Positions 54,551 through 64,000 of a stretch of DNA of 64,000 nucleotides are shown in pieces. The DNA is from Calditrichia bacterium. Its GTDB lineage: Bacteria; Calditrichota; Calditrichia; JAJRVZ01. Every line of letters starts with the position of its first letter. Within the stretch, counting starts at the first letter, position 1. The notes below the pieces were generated by a model. It worked only from the letters and a program-made list of their open reading frames with translations. It was not told the origin of the DNA and searched no databases. The position numbers and the translations under genes were made by a program. Location of the stretch: contig CAWCNS010000004.1 in NCBI GenBank assembly GCA_963796965.1, positions 736,001 to 800,000 on the forward strand. Direction: 5' to 3'.

Positions 54551-55903
54551 TTGAAAGAAAAGAAATATGTGGTTTATTCGGCAATTGTAGCCGCATTAGG
54601 GGGTCTTCTTTTTGGATTCGATACGGCTGTTATTTCCGGAACAACACAGTGGCTTGAAAAAGTTTTTAATCTGACCCCGTTTTGGCTCGGTTTTACGGTT
54701 TCCAGTGCTTTGATCGGAACGATAGTGGGCGCAGTGTTTGTCAGCAAACCTTCCGACAAATATGGCCGGAGAAAAATTTTGTTTGTTCTGGCAGTCTTCT
54801 ATTTTGTTTCTGCTCTTGGTACCGCATATGCCTGGGATTGGTATTCATTTCTTTTTTTCCGTTTTCTTGGAGGCCTGGGAGTTGGAGGTGCGTCAGTGGT
54901 TTCTCCCATGTATATTGCAGAAATATCCCCGGCTAAATTTCGTGGCAGGCTTGTGGCGGTAACACAGTTTAATATTGTATTAGGCATCCTTCTGGCATTT
55001 TTCTCCAATTATCTTATCGCCGGCTTAAATTTGGGAGAAATGGAGTGGCGTTGGATGTTTGGCGTTGAAGCCGTACCTGCGATTTTATTTTTTTTGCTCT
55101 TGTTTCATACCCCTCGCAGTCCGCGGTGGCTTCTGGCAAATGAATGCATCGAGGAAGCTCGAATTGTGCTGGAAAAATGTGGTACAGATTCAGGAAATGT
55201 GGAAGATGAAATTCAAGAGATCCAAAAATCGCTCGATTTGGAACATCACAGTCTGAAAGAGCCCTTCTTGTCGCGGAAATACAGTACACCTATTTTGCTG
55301 GCTATAGCCATTGCCATGTTTAATCAGTTATCCGGTATTAACGCCTTAATGTATTATGCACCGCATATATTTAAAATGGCTGGTGCCGGGGCCGAATCAG
55401 CCTTGCTACAGACAGTAGCGGTAGGAGGTACTAATCTCCTGCTCACGATGACCGCCCTTCTTGTGATTGATCAGATTGGCCGGAAAAAATTAATGCTAAT
55501 CGGGTCGATAGGATATATTATCAGTTTGAGTGCGACAGCGTGGGCTTTCTATACTTATGGGACAGACTTTACAGAAACAGGGAGTTGGGTGGTCCTGGTG
55601 AGTTTATTAGTTTTTATTGCTTCTCATGCCTTTGGCCAGGGTGCCGTCATTTGGGTGTTTTTGAGTGAAATCTTTCCAAATCGCGTTCGTGCCCGTGGGC
55701 AAGCATTGGGTAGCTTTACCCATTGGATTATGGCGGCCGTAATTTCCTGGACCTTTCCCATGATCGCTGAAATTTCAGGTGCCCATACTTTTGCTTTTTA
55801 TGCAATTTGCATGGTGGGACAGCTCGTGTGGGTTATATTGATAATGCCGGAAACCAAAGGAATTTCCTTAGAATCCATTCAGAAAAAAATGGGAATAGAA
55901 TAG
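54551..55903 (+). CDS. Sugar porter family MFS transporter
   Basis: LGGLLFGFDTAVISG, DKYGRR, YIAEISP..RG, QLSGINA, SEIFP and PETKG. Confidence 0.95.
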   Translation: MKEKKYVVYSAIVAALGGLLFGFDTAVISGTTQWLEKVFNLTPFWLGFTVSSALIGTIVGAVFVSKPSDKYGRRKILFVLAVFYFVSALGTAYAWDWYSFLFFRFLGGLGVGGASVVSPMYIAEISPAKFRGRLVAVTQFNIVLGILLAFFSNYLIAGLNLGEMEWRWMFGVEAVPAILFFLLLFHTPRSPRWLLANECIEEARIVLEKCGTDSGNVEDEIQEIQKSLDLEHHSLKEPFLSRKYSTPILLAIAIAMFNQLSGINALMYYAPHIFKMAGAGAESALLQTVAVGGTNLLLTMTALLVIDQIGRKKLMLIGSIGYIISLSATAWAFYTYGTDFTETGSWVVLVSLLVFIASHAFGQGAVIWVFLSEIFPNRVRARGQALGSFTHWIMAAVISWTFPMIAEISGAHTFAFYAICMVGQLVWVILIMPETKGISLESIQKKMGIE

Positions 55904-55916
55904 CAAGTATATAAGA

Positions 55917-57416
55917 CTACCCCCTGGTCAACCGGTTTGCTAATGAAGCCATCTCTTCCGTAACTGAATTGTCCGTACTTATTTTATCAAAAGATATGGC
56001 ATACTCTTTTCCGGAAAGTACTGCCGGCATTTGACGATTTTTCCCGCTTACAATTAATTGTGCAAGTTTCCTGGCCATGCGTTGGGCAAGCATAATATCC
56101 AGATTGTTTGGCGCTGCTCCCCTGATATCCCGGGAGAAACCTTCACATACAATACGCAGTTTTGTATTTAACCCAGCTTTTAGTAATTCATCTCTGAAAA
56201 ATTCTGCAGAATTTCCTTTATAGCCACTGGACTTTCTCTTCTTTGCCTTATAGCCTTCAGCAACTACAATAACCGCATCGGTTCGTTTCTCTAATCCACG
56301 GCTTATTGCCTTAAGATCAAGATCTGAAGACGGAACAACAGCCAGATGTGCTCCGGCGCCCAGGCAAGAATACAATGCGTGAAATCCGCCCCGGGCTCCC
56401 ATCATTTCGATTATGTATATGCGCTTATGTGTCCGTGCATCAGCCATATAACTGCGGATTTTTTCTGATCCAACCTCGACACCTGTATATTCACCAATAC
56501 ATTCACTTCCATAGACATCACTATCAATCGTGACCGGAATAAAATATGTTTTTACGGTATTGGGCAGTAATTGGCTTAAGGCTTTAATCCCGTAGAAGGT
56601 ACCGTTTCCACCAATGCCAATTACAACTTTTACTTTTCTTTTTATGATATTTTCTGCAGCAATTTTCTGATATTTAGCATCTTTGAACTCTGGAAAACGT
56701 TCCGATCTAAAATTGGCACCCCGTGCCTCCCTTAGAGGAGGCGAAAATAAAACGCCTGGAATATGCTCTATTTTTTTATAAATTTCAGAATCATGGACGA
56801 GACAACGATAGTCTCTGGCAAGATCGGAGACAATTGATTTGAATCCTTCCGCAGCAATAAAAACCTGTCGATTCATGTTCGATAAATGCTCTGTAATAAA
56901 GGCAGTGGCTGGATTATATCCAGGGGCGCAGCCTCCGTCCTGAACGAGCAAGACATCCATGGAATCATAAAGGGTGGAACCTTCTCTGAGATACGATGAG
57001 ATCATACGCGCAAAACCACGATAAATTTTTTGTGATATCTCATGAGAAATCAGATCGGGATTGTCTAAAATATGACCTTCTAAGCGAAATAATTCGGATG
57101 AAGCTCTGGCCGTTACGGTACCCATTCTAGGATTGGCATCAACAAGGGCAATCTCTCCAAATGAATCACCGACACTAAAGTGCGATGCATGTCGGTCCAT
57201 TATAGACAATTCAAATTTACCCTTGGCTATGATATAAACAGAAGATCCCGGCTCACCCTCTTTTACCACAACTTCATCCTGTTTGTATTTTTCCTTTAGT
57301 AGCACGGCAATTACTGAAATTATCTCCTTGTCATTAAGATCACGGAAGGGTTTTACATTTTTCATCAATTGTAAAATCGATTTATCCTGAGGATTAAAAG
57401 ACATCTTTTGCGGCAT
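55917..57416 (-). CDS. Cyclic-nucleotide-binding domain fused to a PfkA-family phosphofructokinase domain
   Basis: EGEPG...GDSFGEIALVDANPRMGTV (cNMP); GGCAPGYN, GIGGNGT, PVTIDSD, EMMG and VAEG (PFK). Confidence 0.85.
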   Translation of the reverse strand: MPQKMSFNPQDKSILQLMKNVKPFRDLNDKEIISVIAVLLKEKYKQDEVVVKEGEPGSSVYIIAKGKFELSIMDRHASHFSVGDSFGEIALVDANPRMGTVTARASSELFRLEGHILDNPDLISHEISQKIYRGFARMISSYLREGSTLYDSMDVLLVQDGGCAPGYNPATAFITEHLSNMNRQVFIAAEGFKSIVSDLARDYRCLVHDSEIYKKIEHIPGVLFSPPLREARGANFRSERFPEFKDAKYQKIAAENIIKRKVKVVIGIGGNGTFYGIKALSQLLPNTVKTYFIPVTIDSDVYGSECIGEYTGVEVGSEKIRSYMADARTHKRIYIIEMMGARGGFHALYSCLGAGAHLAVVPSSDLDLKAISRGLEKRTDAVIVVAEGYKAKKRKSSGYKGNSAEFFRDELLKAGLNTKLRIVCEGFSRDIRGAAPNNLDIMLAQRMARKLAQLIVSGKNRQMPAVLSGKEYAISFDKISTDNSVTEEMASLANRLTRG

Positions 57417-57782
57417 TATTTATCCTTTCATAATTGCGATTTTGTGAATGAATTGGGAAAACCAAATATAATTCATTCTTTAAATCCCTCCAACAGGAAA
57501 TCAAAAAATTTGTTTTATTGTGTCTTAATTAGCTTTTTTTGCTATATTTAGGCGTTATTCTCATATTTAATCACTCAAGTGCTGAGTACGTGTCAAAGAA
57601 AAAGAAAATAGTTATGTCTCTTTACTAAAAGTGTAACTTTGGGATATTCTTTGCGTAAGTGAAAATGAGACATTGTTTGCATTGAATTAGAAAAATGACG
57701 GAACAATTTATAATAGAAAAAAATTGAAAGATCACCCTGCGTGACTAACGATTATGGTATATTTTAAAACTTCAGGAGACTT

Positions 57783-59546
57783 ATGAGATTAGGCGGGGGA
57801 ACATATAAACTTACCTTATACTTATCTACCCTATTTTATTGTCTATCCTTATTTGCTCAGGATTCAGAAATTGAATTTCGTCAATTTGAGCCTGGAGAAA
57901 TTAGATATGAAGGCTTTTCACTGCGTAGTGATAAATCCATTATTATTGATGCTGTGGGGGCCGGTGGAGACAAACAGGTAAAACGAACAAAAAATAATTT
58001 TGTCGATCCGATGAATATGTTTGCTTATGCCTGGATTCTTGATGCGCGCACACGTGAATTGAAATGGCGTATGACGCCTGATAATACGGAGAGCGATTGG
58101 TGGGCAGAAAAATATAACCGGAAGTTTTCAGGAGAAGTCTCATTAGAGAAAGGTGAATATGAGTTATATTATACGGCTGCCCGTCCTTTATTCCTTGAAA
58201 CCGGGGGGGGGTATTTTAATCTGAAACGCCTCTGGGAAAAGGTTTTCGGTGATGAAGATTGGTGGAGAGAGAACTCAGAAAAATGGTATATCAAAGTTTC
58301 GCAGGTTGACGAAGTTTTTGCAAAGGATGCCGTTGATAAATATCAGCGGTCAATAAAAAATGCTGCAATCATTAACCTGACAGAAATTAGGGATTCGGAA
58401 GAAGTTAAGAAGGGATTCAGTCTAAAGAAATCAGCAAATTTAAAGATTTATGCGCTCGGTGAAGGAGATAAAGGGGAGATGTATGATTATTGTTATATCA
58501 TAGATGCAACCACCCGCGAGCGTAAATATGTCATGGAAGCCAGGGATACGGAACCTGCCGGTGGGGCCCTCAAAAACAGAGTTGTACAATTAGAAATGGC
58601 CTTTGAAGCGGGAGATTATTTGGTTTTTTATCAAACGGATGACAGTCATTCACATGAGGAGTGGAACGCCAATCCACCCTATGATCCAAATTTTTGGGGG
58701 GTAACCATTAGTGGTGCCGGAAAAAATTTTGATAAGGATATCGTTTATAAATTTGTGGAGAGTGAAGGAGATATTGTCGTAAAATTAGACCATCTTGGAG
58801 ACTATGAAGAGGTGTACGAAGGCTTTACTCTGGAGCGGTCCATGAAAGTCCGGATCTATGCCCTCGGTGAGGGGCGCAATGGGGAAATGTTTGATTATGG
58901 ATGGATTGAAAACGCCAGAACCGGACAAAAAGTCTGGGAAATGGAATACCGTCGGACAGAACCAGCCGGTGGGGCAGAAAAAAATCGGCGTTTTGATGGC
59001 GTAATTACTCTTCCGGCAGGATCATATATGGCGAACTTCATTAGTGATGATTCGCATTCTTATCGAAATTGGAATGACTCAAAACCCCTCGATCCTTCGG
59101 GTTGGGGAATGAAAATTTACACCGTTGTTAAAGATGATCAGAAGTATGTAAAAGAATATGATCCGGAGAAAGATAAAAATATTCTCGTTCAGATTGTCCG
59201 TGTTGGTGATGATGAACATATTAAAAAGCAATTTCAAATAGAATATGACAGAACTGTCCGTGTTTATGCCCTTGGTGAAGGCCGCAGCGGTGAAATGTAT
59301 GACTTTGCCTGGATTGAAGAATCACGGAGCGGTAAAACCATATGGGAAATGGACTACCGGGATACGCGGCGAGCTGGAGGTGCCTCTAAAAACCGGGTGT
59401 TTGATGGTACAGTCTTTTTAAAAGCGGGGCCTTATATTTTGCACTATGTTTCAGATGATAGTCATTCATATGCTGATTGGAACAGTTCCCCTCCTCGTGA
59501 TAAAAGAAACTGGGGCGTGACAATTTATACATTCAACGGAAATTAA
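57783..59546 (+). CDS. Secreted protein with four ~130-aa repeats, function unknown
   Basis: Signal peptide; repeated YALGEG..GEM[YF]D..WI...AGGA.KNR...DDSHS...WN...WG. Confidence 0.8.
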   Translation: MRLGGGTYKLTLYLSTLFYCLSLFAQDSEIEFRQFEPGEIRYEGFSLRSDKSIIIDAVGAGGDKQVKRTKNNFVDPMNMFAYAWILDARTRELKWRMTPDNTESDWWAEKYNRKFSGEVSLEKGEYELYYTAARPLFLETGGGYFNLKRLWEKVFGDEDWWRENSEKWYIKVSQVDEVFAKDAVDKYQRSIKNAAIINLTEIRDSEEVKKGFSLKKSANLKIYALGEGDKGEMYDYCYIIDATTRERKYVMEARDTEPAGGALKNRVVQLEMAFEAGDYLVFYQTDDSHSHEEWNANPPYDPNFWGVTISGAGKNFDKDIVYKFVESEGDIVVKLDHLGDYEEVYEGFTLERSMKVRIYALGEGRNGEMFDYGWIENARTGQKVWEMEYRRTEPAGGAEKNRRFDGVITLPAGSYMANFISDDSHSYRNWNDSKPLDPSGWGMKIYTVVKDDQKYVKEYDPEKDKNILVQIVRVGDDEHIKKQFQIEYDRTVRVYALGEGRSGEMYDFAWIEESRSGKTIWEMDYRDTRRAGGASKNRVFDGTVFLKAGPYILHYVSDDSHSYADWNSSPPRDKRNWGVTIYTFNGN

Positions 59547-59761
59547 AATTTCGTTCTCCACGAATTTTCAATTTGCCCCTCTGCACTATCATTTAATAAT
59601 CCAGAATAGGATAAAATAAAATAATTTAAAAAGATTCAAAAATACGCAACATTTAAAAAATCTTGCATTTTTGACCGACTTTGTTGTCGTTGACTATTTT
59701 TTAATTGCCCCTGTCTCGGGACATGCTAAAAAATGTTTACGTTTTTAAATTGTGAATAAAT

Positions 59762-59782
59762 TTGTCTCCAAAATTGAGACAA
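59762..59782. promoter_or_regulatory. Palindromic site, possible regulator-binding site
   Basis: TTGTCTC-caaaatt-GAGACAA upstream of the DUF4097 gene. Confidence 0.3.
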
Positions 59783-59907
59783 ATTAATATGGAATATTTT
59801 TAAACCGCAGAGTTACCCCCGTAAAACGGGGCAGGCTCACCCGAATGGTAAGCATGAGGTACTTTGTGGTTATTTTTTACACTACAGATTTAACAAGGGG
59901 AGAAGAA

Positions 59908-60717
59908 ATGAAAAGAAATAGAGCGACAATCATTCCATTTATTTTATTTTTTACCTTCCTTGGTGCATTTGCACAATTTGCTAATGCTTCAACGGCCAAG
60001 AAGACATTTAAAAAATCAATAAGCTTTAACCAGGGAGGGTATTTGAGTCTCTCCAATAAGAATGGTGAGATTGAAATTACTGCCTGGGAGAAAGATGTCG
60101 TAGAAATAATCGCCTATAAGGTCGTCAGGGCTTCTGACAGGGAGACAGCGGAAAAGTTACTTGAGCACCTTAAGATCGAGATAAAGGAAAATGATAATGA
60201 AATTATTGTTGAAACGGATTTTCCCAGTAGTTCTGATAACGGATTTTTTGGTTGGTTGTTTGAAGGAGGCAATAATTCCTTTTCAGTCAGTTATGAAGTG
60301 AAAGTGCCCCGGAAAATTGATTTGAATATACATACAACAAATGGTGATGTGGAAGTTAAAGATATTTCTGGCCGTTTGCGTCTGGAATCTACCAATGGAA
60401 GCATTGTAGGTCGCGATATTCAGGGGTTAACCAAATGCCGAACCACCAATGGTTCAATTAAAGTTAGTTTTGATGAAGTCTCTGGCGAAGATGAGATGAA
60501 TTTTAAAACCACCAATGGTTCTATTAAATTATATTTGCCCGAATCATATGGTGCTAAAGCGGAATTAAAGACTACGAATGGACATATAGATAGTGATTTT
60601 TCCATGTCCGGTTCTTCATATAAATCGAAAAAGAAATTTTCAGGTATCATTAATGATGGTGGTCACGATCTGTACTGTAAAACCACAAATGGGAATATCT
60701 CATTAATAAAGAATTAA
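59908..60717 (+). CDS. DUF4097 beta-strand repeat (putative adhesin) protein
   Basis: Signal peptide; repeated [TS]TNG.I units; AAGGGGAG RBS. Confidence 0.85.
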   Translation: MKRNRATIIPFILFFTFLGAFAQFANASTAKKTFKKSISFNQGGYLSLSNKNGEIEITAWEKDVVEIIAYKVVRASDRETAEKLLEHLKIEIKENDNEIIVETDFPSSSDNGFFGWLFEGGNNSFSVSYEVKVPRKIDLNIHTTNGDVEVKDISGRLRLESTNGSIVGRDIQGLTKCRTTNGSIKVSFDEVSGEDEMNFKTTNGSIKLYLPESYGAKAELKTTNGHIDSDFSMSGSSYKSKKKFSGIINDGGHDLYCKTTNGNISLIKN

Positions 60718-60883
60718 GATTTGTAATTTGTAATTGGTAATTTGGGGATTAGTATAACTATAACATGCCTAAAGATTATATTAAACACAAAGTTCACTAA
60801 GTAGGCATAAAGTACGCAAAGAAAAATATCTTAATAAAAACATTGTGATCTTTGTGCTTTCTTTGTGTCCTTTGTGTTTTTTT

Positions 60884-61591
60884 TTAATAAAGGATTGATA
60901 AAATATCTGGAAATGATGAGACCGTATATAGATTTTGTTGGTTAGGTAGGATTGCTTCATCGTCTAAAACCCAGGTATGCTCATAAGGAATATAAATAGC
61001 CCAGAGACCTGCTTTTAGGGCAGGATTGATGTCAGATTTAGGACTATTGCCTATCATGCAGGTTTCAGAGGGATTCCACTTATTATTAGTAAGTATTTTT
61101 TGATAGGTCTCAAAATCTTTTTCAGATTTGACAAAAGTCTTTTCGAAATATGGTAGTAGGTTTGATCTCTCCAATTTTCCCCACTGTTCCTGTATATCTC
61201 CCTTTGTTAGAACATAAAGCGGGTACCTGTCTTTTAATTCGCTCAAAGTTTCCTCTACCCTGGGAAATATTCTGGGCTGTATTTTGACATGCTCTGAAAA
61301 AGTTTCACATATATCCTTCAGGCGTTCGGGATGTGAGGGGTCATTTAAATCATTTTTGTAACGATGAAACAGGGTTTTTAGGATATAAATATAGTTTTGA
61401 CTTCCATACCCCATGGTGCGTACGACCTCATGCTCAAGGGCCTGAAAATCATTTTCAATTTTTGACTGTATCTTCCCGCTTTCATGAAGCAGGTTAACGA
61501 GATCTTCAGCGGCACGCACATAATAAATATTATTTTCCCATAATGTATCGTCTGCGTCAAAGATGATGTTTTTTACTTTTTTTATAGACAT
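60884..61591 (-). CDS. HAD-superfamily hydrolase
   Basis: IFDADDTLW, LTKGD and MIGNSPKSDINPA. Confidence 0.9.
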   Translation of the reverse strand: MSIKKVKNIIFDADDTLWENNIYYVRAAEDLVNLLHESGKIQSKIENDFQALEHEVVRTMGYGSQNYIYILKTLFHRYKNDLNDPSHPERLKDICETFSEHVKIQPRIFPRVEETLSELKDRYPLYVLTKGDIQEQWGKLERSNLLPYFEKTFVKSEKDFETYQKILTNNKWNPSETCMIGNSPKSDINPALKAGLWAIYIPYEHTWVLDDEAILPNQQNLYTVSSFPDILSILY

Positions 61592-61721
61592 GACATATTC
61601 CGTAATTTTTAGAGAGGCAAATATAAGAATCAGGTATTTTAATTCATAATAAATATCTGTTTGATTTGGTGTTGGAGAAGGTCTAAATTACGCCAACTTT
61701 TATATCAATAAGGAGAATTAG

Positions 61722-61994
61722 ATGAGGAATTTAATTTTTATTATGGCCCTTGTATTTTTGACTATGACATTGATTATGTGTGCCGGTGAGCAAAAGCAGG
61801 AAGCACAGCCTGAGTCAAAACAAACCACCGTAACCAAAGAAGAACTAATAGATTGTCCGGGTTGTAACATGAAAATGGAGAAATCTAAGATGATTGCACA
61901 TGTGGCTGATGGGGATACCTTATATTTTTGTGCAGAAGGCTGCAAGGACCATTATTTGGCTAAGTTGGAAAAAGAGGCGACCAAGAAAAATTAA
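61722..61994 (+). CDS. YHS/TRASH-domain small lipoprotein
   Basis: Signal ending in Cys; DCPGCNM...LYFCAEGC. Confidence 0.75.
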   Translation: MRNLIFIMALVFLTMTLIMCAGEQKQEAQPESKQTTVTKEELIDCPGCNMKMEKSKMIAHVADGDTLYFCAEGCKDHYLAKLEKEATKKN

Positions 61995-62163
61995 TATCAA
62001 TCTCTTTATTAGTCAGGTACAGGGGAGAGAAAAACGAGGATCGTAAAGCGAAGAGCGAAGAAAGAGAATTGCTTTGCGCTCCACACTCTAAGGCTTTTCT
62101 CCCCTCTTCTCTCTTCATGCGGATTACGTGTATTAAATAGATTAAGACCATATCGGGTAAAAA

Positions 62164-64000
62164 ATGTCCAAATTTAAACTATCTTCCAAATATAGCCCCC
62201 AGGGGGATCAACCCCAAGCGATCAAAGAGATATCGGCCGAATTTGAACGAGGGGTAGATTGCCAGACATTGCTTGGTGTGACGGGTAGTGGTAAAACATT
62301 TACCATGGCAAATATTATTGCTACTCAGAATTTACCCACCTTAATAATTTCTCATAATAAAACACTCGCTGCTCAGTTGTTCGGCGAATTTAAAGGATAT
62401 TTTCCTGAAAATGCTGTGGAGTTTTTTATATCATATTATGATTACTATCAACCGGAAGCCTATGTGCCCTCGACGGATACCTTTATCGAGAAGGATGCCA
62501 GTATTAACGATGAAATTGATCGTTTGCGTCTGAGAGCGACTTCATCACTTTTGGCCAGAAAAGATGTGGTTATTGTTGCCAGTGTCTCCTGTATTTATGG
62601 CTTGGGATCACCTGAAGATTATCAAAAATTACTCGTCATTGCCCGAAAAGGAGAGCGTGTTGATCGAAACGAGATTCTTCTCAAATTAGTTGATATTCAA
62701 TATAATCGGAATGATTTTGATTTCCAACGTGGTACCTTCCGGGTCAGAGGGGATGTGATTGATATATTTCCGGCTTATGAGGAAGAGGCCATTCGTCTTG
62801 AGTTTTTTGGCAATCAGATCGAACAAATCTCTTCCATTGATACACTTACCGGGGAAGTGAAAAAGGAAATGGATACAGCCATCATTTATCCGGCTAGGCA
62901 TTTTGTAACTACTGAAGAGAAGATGGAGCGGGCGATGAAGGAGATTCGTCTTGAGCTGGAAGATCAATTAAAAAAACTCCGTGGTCAAAATAAATTGCTG
63001 GAAGCACAACGGTTGGAGATGCGTACGAATTTCGATCTGGAAATGATGGCTGAGGTCGGGTATTGCTCAGGTATCGAAAATTATTCACGACATATCTCAG
63101 GACGTAACCCTGGAGAACCACCCTATACTTTATTAGATTTCTTCCCTGAAAAGTTTATGGTTTTTATCGATGAATCTCATCAGACCATTCCTCAAGTCAG
63201 AGCGATGTATAATGGAGATCGTTCAAGAAAGGAAACACTTGTGGAGCATGGATTTCGTTTGCCAAGTGCTTTGGATAACCGTCCGCTCAAATTTCATGAG
63301 TTTGAAGAAAAAGCCTAAACAGACACTCTATGTTTCAGCCACACCGTCAACATATGAATTTGAAAAGAGTAAGGGACTATACGTAGAGCAGGTCATCCGA
63401 CCAACAGGTTTGGTGGATCCGGTAATTGAGGTTCGTCCTATCGCTACACAAATCGACGACTTAATCGGAGAAATAAGGGAGAGGGTGGAGAAAAAAGAAC
63501 GAACACTCGTAACCACACTTACCAAGCGAATGTCAGAAGATCTGACTGATTATCTTCGCGGTATGAATATTAATGTCCGGTATTTGCATTCGGAGATTAA
63601 TGCCCTGGAACGCGTTGATATATTACGTGATTTGAGGCTGGCTCAATTTGATGTTCTCGTAGGGATAAATTTGCTCCGAGAAGGTCTGGATCTACCCGAA
63701 GTATCCCTCGTAGCAATATTAGATGCTGATAAGGAGGGATTTTTACGATCCTATGTTTCTTTGATGCAAACTTCAGGGAGGGCTGCGCGTAATATAGGCG
63801 GTAAGGTTATCTTCTATGCGGACAAAATTACCGATTCCATGAAAAAAACCATGGATGAAACAAATCGCCGACGCGAAAAACAATTGGCTTATAATGAAGA
63901 GCATGGTATTACGGCTAAAACAATTTTTAAAACGGCTGAGGAAATATTAGCTACCACAAGTGTTGCTGATGTACGTCAAAAATTACCCCGGGTCGCAGAA
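62164..64000 (+). CDS. uvrB: Excinuclease ABC subunit B (one +1 indel near 63312; truncated by window end)
   Basis: [28 protein letters not shown] and DESH; the shifted frame continues [10 protein letters not shown]...RPTGLVDP...[10 protein letters not shown]...[10 protein letters not shown]. Confidence 0.97.

Noticed and set aside
63300..63330. Programmed frameshift or pseudogene in uvrB
   Set aside because: A single extra base in an A run, with both halves fully conserved; it matches the window-wide indel error pattern.

Overview
AT-rich bacterial genomic window. Three secreted proteins end in an N[YF]PNPFN-type C-terminal sorting domain, which suggests a Calditrichota/KSB1/Ignavibacteria-like host (inference). 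Many genes, including the core gene uvrB, are split by single-base indels, most likely sequencing or assembly errors. Layout: (1) 1-7.6 kb, an accessory hotspot with an AbiEi-like/AbiEii pair, a HigBA-like TA pair, nested direct repeats and a non-coding ~23-bp-period palindromic array. (2) 8-20 kb, secreted proteins, a GH127, an aldose epimerase, small ORFs and a GT2. (3) 20.3-51.2 kb, a co-oriented minus-strand cluster resembling an expanded oxidative (3-keto-glycoside) sugar-cleavage pathway: six Gfo/Idh/MocA enzymes (five Tat-exported), four DUF1080 domains, ThuA-like and HEAT domains, two TIM-barrel isomerase/lyases and a NupG-like permease. Interleaved with these are a tetraheme NapC/NirT-FGE-like fusion, a 7-CxxCH cytochrome, a cytochrome b and an ApbE flavin transferase. 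(4) 52-56 kb, a divergent kdgF-like/kdgK/eda/sugar-porter operon. (5) 56-64 kb, a cNMP-domain phosphofructokinase, secreted repeat proteins, a HAD hydrolase, a YHS protein and partial uvrB. Intergenic DNA carries many REP-like and MITE-like inverted repeats. The best candidates for an undescribed system are a periplasmic glycoside-oxidation pathway wired to the quinone pool and the 23-bp array. All family calls come from motif recognition by eye; no database searches were run.
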